Positions 57,178 through 64,000 of a stretch of 64,000 nt of DNA are shown piece after piece. A program made the translations under genes and the position numbers. Under the pieces are notes generated by a model that searched no databases, was not told where the DNA came from, and saw only the letters and a list, made by a program, of their open reading frames with translations. The first letter of the stretch is position 1, and each line of letters begins with the position of its first letter. Source of the stretch: Deinococcales bacterium (lineage in GTDB: Bacteria; Deinococcota; Deinococci; Deinococcales; JAAFIG01); assembly GCA_043778225.1 (NCBI GenBank), contig JAYWGM010000051.1, forward strand, positions 24,861-88,860, given 5' to 3'.

Positions 57178-58203
57178 ATGTCTGTTTCTTTATTCGCTCG
57201 TGCCATCTCAAATCAGCCGCTCAGCCTCGAGATGTCCGAATCTTTGATGGGTTTAATCATGGATGGCGAACTTTCGGCAATTAAAACCTCGGCGGTTTTA
57301 GCTGCCCTGCGGGTGCGCGGCGAGACGATTGCTGAAGTGGCAGGGTTTGCCAAAGCGATGCGCTCGAGGGCGGTGCGTGTGCCGGTCGCGGCTGGAATAC
57401 TGGTGGACACCTGCGGTACGGGCGGCACAGGAACACAAACTTTTAACATTTCGACCGCCAGTGCTTTTGTGGTTGCGGCGGCTGGTTTGCGGGTCGCAAA
57501 ACATGGCAACCGCACAGCCGGACGGCAATCGGGTAGTGCTGATGTTCTCGAGGCACTCGGCTTAAAGCTCGAGTTAAGCCCAGAGCGGGTTGCCCAAGCC
57601 ATAGAAGAAATCGGGATTGGTTTTTTATTTGCCCGTTCGCATCATCCAGCCATGCGCCACACGGTTGCAGTTCGTGCCGAGCTTGGTCTTCGCACGGTCT
57701 TTAATGTGCTAGGTCCGCTGACCAATCCGGCTGGAGCAACCCACCAATTGCTGGGGGTTGCTGATAAAAGTTTGGTGCGGCTGATGGCAAATGTGCTGCA
57801 AGAACTGGGTATTCAAGGCGCGATGGTGGTGCATGGGCAAGCCCCTGATGGCAGCCGTTATGATGATGTCTCGGTGGCTGGCACAACCCACGTTGCCCAA
57901 GTGCGCGGCTCAAGCATCCGAGAGTACGACCTCGAGCCAGCCGATATGGGACTCGAGGTTCATTCAAGCACTGCTTTACTTGGCGCAGATGCCCAAACCA
58001 ATGCCGCCATTGTCAAAGCCGTTCTCGGTGGGCGTGGCACAATCGCGCAGCGTCAGGCGGTGGCTGCCAATACAGGAGCGGCGCTCTATATTGCCGATGC
58101 CAGTAACAGTCTCGAGCAGGGGGTACAACGGGCTTTGGAAATTCTCGCCAGTGGTGCTGCACTCGAGAAACTTGAGGCATTGGCGAAATTTACGCAGGGC
58201 TGA
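57178..58203 (+). CDS. trpD: anthranilate phosphoribosyltransferase
   Basis: DTCGTGG, FNIST, AKHGNR, GSADVLEALG, HPAMR, GPLTNPA motifs. Confidence 0.97.
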   Translation: MSVSLFARAISNQPLSLEMSESLMGLIMDGELSAIKTSAVLAALRVRGETIAEVAGFAKAMRSRAVRVPVAAGILVDTCGTGGTGTQTFNISTASAFVVAAAGLRVAKHGNRTAGRQSGSADVLEALGLKLELSPERVAQAIEEIGIGFLFARSHHPAMRHTVAVRAELGLRTVFNVLGPLTNPAGATHQLLGVADKSLVRLMANVLQELGIQGAMVVHGQAPDGSRYDDVSVAGTTHVAQVRGSSIREYDLEPADMGLEVHSSTALLGADAQTNAAIVKAVLGGRGTIAQRQAVAANTGAALYIADASNSLEQGVQRALEILASGAALEKLEALAKFTQG

Positions 58204-58206
58204 GAT

Positions 58207-58758
58207 TTACTGTTTCCATGCAAACTCGAGCGTAAATTCACCCGCTTTAACATCTGCCACACCGCTCACACCGACAAAAACATTGTATGGGTTGCCCATC
58301 GAAACCAGTGGAGCAGGTAAAGGGCGGGTGTGGTCTTGGGTTTTGTCTTTTTTCGGGCGGTCCCAAGTGTGTTCGGCTTCGCAAGTGACAGCGCTTTGAA
58401 CGACTGGCGGTTGCCGAAAATTGTTGGTGGCGATGCTGTAGGCATAAATGCTGGTTTTTTGATTGGTGTCTTTGGGAATCAGTTTAATTCGCAATTCGCC
58501 TCTGGTTGGAATGCGGGTTGCAAAAAATACATGGTTTCCCCGAAAATTGGCATTTTGGGTGGCTGGAAAGCACGCCATGCTGCTGGTGGATGCCCAACGC
58601 AAATCCTCCATCGGCTTGCCATCCTCAAATTTACCTGTCACCGAAACGGTTTTATTGGCTTCAAGGGTCACCAATTTTACATCCTGAGTCCAAGTGGTGG
58701 CGCTCTGGGCGCAGACCAAACTCGAGAAAGCGACGGCTGCAAAAATAAGTTTTTTCAT
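58207..58758 (-). CDS. secreted hypothetical protein
   Basis: GGAGG RBS; signal peptide; beta-rich with a Cys pair. Confidence 0.8.
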   Translation of the reverse strand: MKKLIFAAVAFSSLVCAQSATTWTQDVKLVTLEANKTVSVTGKFEDGKPMEDLRWASTSSMACFPATQNANFRGNHVFFATRIPTRGELRIKLIPKDTNQKTSIYAYSIATNNFRQPPVVQSAVTCEAEHTWDRPKKDKTQDHTRPLPAPLVSMGNPYNVFVGVSGVADVKAGEFTLEFAWKQ

Positions 58759-58781
58759 AATATCCTCCTAGTGGATGGCTA

Positions 58782-58814
58782 AGTCTAGCGATTGTGGCGT
58801 GATACCAGCGTGAT
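58782..58814 (-). promoter_or_regulatory. SARP-type activator site plus -10 box
   Basis: minus strand ATCACGC-tggt-ATCACGC, 9 nt, TAGACT. Confidence 0.6.
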
Positions 58815-58818
58815 CTGC

Positions 58819-59418
58819 TTAGGGGCTATTTTTATTGTCCAGCACATTTTTTACCAACTCGAGACGCTGTTCTACTTTGCCATTTGAAAAGGTCTGGATT
58901 CTTAAAGGAATTGAGAAATTGGGGTCAATCACAAATTCAGAAGTCAAAACTCGTTGCCCTTGGTTGTTTGGGGCTTCAACTTGGACCACAAAACCTTTGC
59001 GCCCAGCCACCTCGAGTGTGCCGATGACCGATAGCTTAATTTGGGCGATCGAATCTGCTTTGACCCCAACTCGAAACTCAAGGCTCGAGAATGCCATAAA
59101 GATAAATTCGTTGGTCAAGAATGACTGGGTTAAAAGCGTATGAAAAGAACCTGTTGGTTCGGGTTGTCCATCCGACTCTTGGCGCAGGGCAGCCGTTAGG
59201 GCGAGCGCAGGAGCGCCATACCAAGTTTTGCGCTGGCTCGAGGTGAGATTGACGGTTGCCAAAAAAGATTGTTTGGCACTGGGTTGATAACGGTACTCGA
59301 GTGTCAGATTTTGACGGTACTCAAGCGCCCGCCAAGTTGGGTTGGTCTGAGCGACCACCAACCCAAAAGCAAACAAGCTCAGCATTAGGGTAAAACGAAA
59401 CTGAATATGTCTATTCAT
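58819..59418 (-). CDS. secreted hypothetical protein
   Basis: signal peptide; 199 aa. Confidence 0.7.
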   Translation of the reverse strand: MNRHIQFRFTLMLSLFAFGLVVAQTNPTWRALEYRQNLTLEYRYQPSAKQSFLATVNLTSSQRKTWYGAPALALTAALRQESDGQPEPTGSFHTLLTQSFLTNEFIFMAFSSLEFRVGVKADSIAQIKLSVIGTLEVAGRKGFVVQVEAPNNQGQRVLTSEFVIDPNFSIPLRIQTFSNGKVEQRLELVKNVLDNKNSP

Positions 59419-59430
59419 CGAGGTTTTTCC

Positions 59431-60924
59431 TTATGGTACAAACTTGATTGCCACAGCCGTGGTATTGACACCGCCAACCACAACGATATTGCCTTGGTTA
59501 TCCTCGCGCCCAGCTTCGAGTGTGGGGCTGCCTAAAATGGTATTGACTCGCCCAAGACCAGCCGTGCCATAAGTGGGGTCGAGCAGACCCGCCGAACTGA
59601 GTCGGGCGGCATAAAATGTGCCATTACCCGCCACTGTACCAACTGCCAAATAGCGGTCACTCGAGTCACGAAAAATTCGGTCTACAGTGGCTTCAAAACC
59701 AAGGGCGGCTGCCTCAAAACCATCGCTCGAGAAGGAAGTGTCTGCCAGACCCAAGGCGGTAAACTGAGCGCTGGCAAGATGGCTAAAAAGGGTCGTGTTG
59801 GTGTGTGCGCCACCGACAACCCGAACCGATTGTCCAACCGCAAAAATCTGAGCAACACTGCTTTGGCTAAAGGCACTGTTGGTGTCCAGAAAGTCAAATT
59901 TGCGAATCCCAGTGCTGTTAAAAGCCACATCCAATACCCCAGCTAAACTGAGTTTGGCAATCACCGCATCGCGGTTGTTACCGAGTAAACTTTCGCCAAC
60001 CAAGTACATTGCGTTGCTGCGAACCAATAACCCATTGACAGTATCGTTGCCACCAAAATTAACACTCTGCATCCCATCTGTGTCAAAAGCGGTGTCCAAA
60101 GCACCACTCGCTAGAAAACGCATCAATCCAACATCGGTGTTACTCAAGTTTGCCCCGATATAAATTTGGGTTTTATCATCCGAAAAACGGGCGGCATTGA
60201 TGTTGCTGATTCCCACACCAAATGAGGCACTGCCCGAAGTAAAAGCGGTGTCTCGAGTCCCGTCGGAATTAAAGCGCTCGAGTTTAATGGCGCTGCTTTG
60301 CACCCCAATAATCAGGCTTTTGCCATCATCTTGGAGCAACAAACGGTAGCCTTGAAACCCGGCTGGCAAATCGGCTGTTCCAGCCACACCAAAACTGCTG
60401 TCGGCTGTGCCTGTGCTGCCATAACGAAAAAGTTTATTTTGCGACAACAGCAAAACTTTATCGTCGCTTTGGACTGCCACGCCACGGTACGCCGAAAGAC
60501 TCGAGTTTAGTAACACACCACCCAAAGCAAAACTCGAGACCAAGGTGTTCGGCACGGCAGGCAAGACACGCACTTGACGGGCGTTGAGGCTTTTATTGTT
60601 TACGCCGTCCGAAACTTGCACCGAGAACTCCGCGCCTGTGGTTAAGGCAGCCGTCGTTGTGGCATTAAAACTAAGCACCCCCGTGGCATCGCTCGAGGTG
60701 ATATTGGCAGCGCTGACTCCGCTCGGCAAGCCACTGACACTGGCGGTTAAGGGAATGGTCAGCCCAGCATCGCGGTTGAGGCTGATGGTCAGGCTGGCGC
60801 TCGAGCCTTGACTGAGGTCAAGGCTGCTGCTGGCACTCGGATTAAAGGTTAAGGCAGGTGTTGGGGTGTTGCAAGCCACCACGGCAAAAGTCAAAAGCGC
60901 AGTCACTACCAAATGTTTTTTCAT
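59431..60924 (-). CDS. lipoprotein with an Ig-like domain and delta-60-type beta-propeller repeats
   Basis: lipobox VVAC; repeated G.LD..F...G and VQSDDK/LQDDGK units. Confidence 0.85.
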   Translation of the reverse strand: MKKHLVVTALLTFAVVACNTPTPALTFNPSASSSLDLSQGSSASLTISLNRDAGLTIPLTASVSGLPSGVSAANITSSDATGVLSFNATTTAALTTGAEFSVQVSDGVNNKSLNARQVRVLPAVPNTLVSSFALGGVLLNSSLSAYRGVAVQSDDKVLLLSQNKLFRYGSTGTADSSFGVAGTADLPAGFQGYRLLLQDDGKSLIIGVQSSAIKLERFNSDGTRDTAFTSGSASFGVGISNINAARFSDDKTQIYIGANLSNTDVGLMRFLASGALDTAFDTDGMQSVNFGGNDTVNGLLVRSNAMYLVGESLLGNNRDAVIAKLSLAGVLDVAFNSTGIRKFDFLDTNSAFSQSSVAQIFAVGQSVRVVGGAHTNTTLFSHLASAQFTALGLADTSFSSDGFEAAALGFEATVDRIFRDSSDRYLAVGTVAGNGTFYAARLSSAGLLDPTYGTAGLGRVNTILGSPTLEAGREDNQGNIVVVGGVNTTAVAIKFVP

Positions 60925-60935
60925 GATTGGTTTCC

Positions 60936-61295
60936 TTATTTACGTGTGAGGGTCTCTGAACCACGAAAATCACCCGGTTCACAACGCGCCCACGTTCCCT
61001 CGAGAACCCGACCACGCACTTCGTAGGCGGTCACACCACAATCAAAACCGACCACCAGCACACCGTTTTGCACAAAACCAATCGCACTGGTGAGGGTTGT
61101 ACCAATGCGGTAAATCAGGCGATAGTTACGGTTATTTTCCGAAATCGTGACTGTTCCGGTATAACTGCCCGAACCTGCTGAACCCGGATTGCTGCCACGC
61201 ACCGTGTACTCACCCGCCAAAGAGTTTTGAGAAACACCAACGCTGCAACCAAAAGCCACAAAAGCCACTGCCACTGCTGCCAAAATCTTTTTCAT
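60936..61295 (-). CDS. small lipoprotein
   Basis: AAGGAG RBS; lipobox AFGC; GEYTVRGSNPG..YTGTVTI. Confidence 0.8.
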   Translation of the reverse strand: MKKILAAVAVAFVAFGCSVGVSQNSLAGEYTVRGSNPGSAGSGSYTGTVTISENNRNYRLIYRIGTTLTSAIGFVQNGVLVVGFDCGVTAYEVRGRVLEGTWARCEPGDFRGSETLTRK

Positions 61296-61318
61296 ATATT
61301 CTCCTTAAAACCAAAGGA

Positions 61319-61353
61319 ATCATAGAAAAAGCAGTGTGATGTTGGCGTGACGT
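61319..61353 (-). promoter_or_regulatory. SARP-type activator site plus -10 box
   Basis: minus strand ACGTCACGC-ca-ACATCACAC, 9 nt, TATGAT. Confidence 0.55.
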
Positions 61354-61535
61354 GCTAACCAAAGCAAAAAACGTTTCTGGCACAGATTTTATCTCAGTAA
61401 TTTTTTTGTCTCGAGAGCAATCGCCAGTTCTTTGTTCCTCGTCCCAAGTAAGCCGTACCAAAATATTATTGCCACTCAAAAGAGGTTATCGGCATCGTTC
61501 GAGTGGATTGATGGTTTTGCAGTAAAGTTTGAAGT

Positions 61536-62070
61536 ATGGGGACGATACCAATTGCAGTTTTAACAACACAAGATTTTTGTCTGGAATACCTCCGTTTTGT
61601 CCTTCAAGACGAGACAATCCCATTGACAGTTGATAACCAATGCAAAATCCCAGTCGTTTTTGATGCCAGTAGTGCCACCACACTCTATCTGCTTGAACAC
61701 TTGCCGATTCATCCCAAACGAATTATTCTGACCCAGAATCCATGTCGAGAATACATCGATACTCGATTCTCGAGTACATTTGTCGCGCTATTATCTTGGC
61801 GGCGCAAATTCCCTACGCACTGCCTACCGAAAAAAAGATGCCCAACAAATCCCTGACCCAGAAATACAAGCCGCTCTGGATGCGGCGCAAACCATTCGTG
61901 AAAATGAGGTGCTTATCCGACACGGTTTTGAACCACATCAAAAAGAAGAGGCTCGAGCCACCCTTGAAGCCATTTATGCCGACAGTCCAACTTTTATTCG
62001 GATTATGTACGGTGTTCAAAAAGAACCCATTTTGCCAATAACATACCGTTCTAAAGCCAAAAAAACCTAA
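61536..62070 (+). pseudogene. out-of-frame fusion of a regulator N-terminus (to ..TQNPCREYID) with the 3' part of another gene
   Basis: two overlapping ORFs (61536-61856 and 61780-62070); apparent frame switch near 61760 in a TCGA cluster. Confidence 0.45.
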
Positions 62071-62195
62071 AAAATTACATTTGTCATATCACAAACGTGG
62101 TGTACAAAAATTCACGCCTTGTGCATAATACTCAAAGCTCAAGACCATAAACCCGACTCGAGCTAAGTTATGGGAGAAAATTCGATATGAAAATT

Positions 62196-62289
62196 CAGCA
62201 CAGCACAGCACAGCACAGCACAGCACAGCACAGCACAGCACAGCACAGCACAGCACAGCACAGCACAGCACAGCACAGCACAGCACAGC
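62196..62289 (+). repeat. (CAGCA)18 simple sequence repeat
   Basis: 18 perfect units at 62196-62285 plus CAGC. Confidence 0.97.
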
Positions 62290-62320
62290 GCAAATCTTCT
62301 GGGCAACACGGGCGTGAATC

Positions 62321-62566
62321 ATGTCGGATAAATCACCAGCCTTGACCACCCGAGAACTCGAGACCTTGCACTATCTGGCTCAAGGCTACAGCGACCTCGA
62401 GATTGCCCAAGCCCTTTGCAATCGGCATGTAACAGTCAAGAATTGCCTTGCCACGATTCGACTAAAACTTGGCGCATTTAGCCCAAAGCCCTTAAATAAG
62501 CGCACCAACCTTGCCGAATTTTATAGACTGCACCTTGCAGATAAATTTGGCTCGAGTTTGGAGTAA
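62321..62566 (+). CDS. solo LuxR-type HTH protein, possibly a remnant
   Basis: LTTRELETLHYLAQGYSDLEIA..TVKN.L..I..KLG. Confidence 0.75.
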   Translation: MSDKSPALTTRELETLHYLAQGYSDLEIAQALCNRHVTVKNCLATIRLKLGAFSPKPLNKRTNLAEFYRLHLADKFGSSLE

Positions 62567-62714
62567 TCTTATGACTTGACAGCAATTTTTACGCAGCTAA
62601 AAAACAACTAAAATTAGACAAAAAAGCAACCAAATGCTAGACTGAACACGAGTGAAAATGCTTACATTTTGTATAAGCATTGAACTGAATTCAAAAGTCA
62701 AAGTGAGCTAAATC

Positions 62715-63101
62715 ATGCCAACGATGCTTATCCCCGAACCCCTCATCGCACATATCATTCATGAAGTACAAGAACCAAACACAGGGCGTTTTGATGGCTT
62801 AAAACTAGCCACCGCTTTGGGTTTAACCGTACCTGAAATGGCACGATACTTAATGGTTTCTGATAGTGCCTTGCGTAAAACACCAAATTCGAGCAATTAC
62901 CAAAAGAAATTCATGCAACTCTCGATTATCGCCCAGCGCCTCAAAGGATTGCTTGATAATTCACTCGAGTACACCCGAATTTGGCTTCGCGCTCCGCACC
63001 CAGACCTTGACTACCTCGCACCGATGGATTGTATTTTAGAAGGTGACATCGCCTCTGTTACTGATTTGCTCGAGATGTTCGAGCGAGGACAAACAGCATG
63101 A
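62715..63101 (+). CDS. Xre/MbcA/ParS-type antitoxin
   Basis: N-terminal HTH; C-terminal WLRAPHPDL...PMD motif; ATGA overlap with the RES gene. Confidence 0.85.
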   Translation: MPTMLIPEPLIAHIIHEVQEPNTGRFDGLKLATALGLTVPEMARYLMVSDSALRKTPNSSNYQKKFMQLSIIAQRLKGLLDNSLEYTRIWLRAPHPDLDYLAPMDCILEGDIASVTDLLEMFERGQTA

Positions 63102-63691
63102 ATGCCCAAAAACAATTGGTCAAAGAATTACACAAATTACTGCAAAAAACTGTAGCTCGAGATTATTGTTCGTTTCGCAGTACCAATTTACGATATGTCA
63201 ACAATCCAATCAGTGCCTTGGGAAGTGCCATTGTTGGTGGACGATTCAATCCTAAGAAACTCGAGGCGCTGTACACAAGTTTAGAAATCGAAACGATGAT
63301 TGCCGAAATGCAACACTATGCACACACAGACCCAAGATTAGCGGGACGCTTTCGACCCTCGAGTATTCTAACCCTTGAAAGCACTAACATTCGTGCTTTG
63401 GACTTAACAAACGCTGTCATTCAAACGTTGCTTGGTACAAACCCACAAGAACTCAGTGGCAGCTTTATCCGAATGCAAAACCGTGGTTTTGAAGCACCAA
63501 CACAATTACTGGGACGAATCAACATTGAACAGTGTTTTTTTGATGCCATTATTGCCGAAAGCGCTCGGACAGATAATGGTAAGAATCTGGTTATATTTCC
63601 TGATGTTGCCAGCCAACATGGTTGCACCATCACTTTGTTTGACCCCGAAAATATACTACCAACAATTCAAATTCTACCGACACCAAAATAA
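63098..63691 (+). CDS. RES-domain toxin (MbcT/ParT-like)
   Basis: FR, GGRFNP, ALYTS......AE, ESAR, NLVIF motifs. Confidence 0.88.
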   Translation: MNAQKQLVKELHKLLQKTVARDYCSFRSTNLRYVNNPISALGSAIVGGRFNPKKLEALYTSLEIETMIAEMQHYAHTDPRLAGRFRPSSILTLESTNIRALDLTNAVIQTLLGTNPQELSGSFIRMQNRGFEAPTQLLGRINIEQCFFDAIIAESARTDNGKNLVIFPDVASQHGCTITLFDPENILPTIQILPTPK

Positions 63692-63780
63692 AGTAGGAAA
63701 TGCAGAATTTACCGTGAATACTTTGCATCAAAATCAGGCTCGAGTAAAAAATAAGTTGTGCGGCACAGATTTAACAAAAA

Positions 63781-63828
63781 GTAACATGACCAAAGTAACG
63801 TGACTTTCGTCATATGACCTAAGTAACT
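63781..63828. promoter_or_regulatory. 14-bp-period array of GT(A/C)A..TGAC units, candidate operator
   Basis: GTAACATGACCAAA GTAACGTGACTTTC GTCATATGACCTAA GTAACT. Confidence 0.4.
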
Positions 63829-63900
63829 CAGAGATTTCTAATTCGTGTGTAAAGCTACTGCATTCGGTTACTCAATGCCGAAAAACCAAATTTGGGGGTA

Positions 63901-64000
63901 TAATACCAACTTTAGGTAGATAATACGGAATGTCAAGATTAGGCACACCTCTGACCGCGCACCACACAACTGAAGAACTCGAGAAGCATTACAAGCAGTG
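63901..64000 (+). mobile_element. left end of a probable IS630-family element with the transposase start (ATG 63930), truncated by the window edge
   Basis: TA then ATACCAA-type terminus; ORF MSRLGTPLTAHHTTEELEKHYKQ resembles the IS630 HTH N-terminus (H.s.EELE..Y). Confidence 0.5.

Noticed and set aside
62089..62349. Cys-rich ORF (LCCAV)n on the minus strand
   Set aside because: It is only the translation of the CAGCA microsatellite and has no other coding support.
62187..62566. Classical phase-variable in-frame fusion of the repeat ORF to LuxR
   Set aside because: A TGA at 62315 is in the LuxR frame, so no repeat number creates a fusion.

Overview
A 64 kb chromosomal window from a bacterium that is most likely a member of Deinococcota. 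This is inferred from pervasive leaderless promoters, a FemX enzyme, a Thermus-like dnaX slippage site and a Thermus-like SigA region-4 derivative. Housekeeping content includes tRNA-Pro(TGG), rnhB, kptA, dnaX, trpD and femX. There is an oligogalacturonide (pectin) uptake and catabolism operon, two BTAD/AAA/TPR (SARP-STAND) regulators, several large surface lipoproteins, four type II toxin-antitoxin modules, a split KdpD with an HK/NarL pair, an AT-rich RelA/SpoT-domain gene, a DUF4132 giant with a ubiquitin-like partner, and the left end of a probable IS630 element. The most unusual signals are non-coding. (1) The palindrome CTCGAG is iterated throughout, like cyanobacterial HIP1. (2) There are many 23-39 bp tandem micro-repeats. 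One 39-bp unit occurs at two unrelated loci, and two others keep translational coupling intact through chains of mini-ORFs. (3) Five promoters share one geometry: an ACGC-core direct repeat with 11-bp period, 9 nt, then a -10 box, pointing to a SARP-STAND regulon for secreted proteins. (4) There is a leader-peptide attenuator controlling a small His/Cys-rich peptide. (5) dnaX carries an A9 slippage site. (6) There is a (CAGCA)18 tract upstream of a LuxR HTH gene. All protein calls come from motif recognition by eye; no database searches were run.
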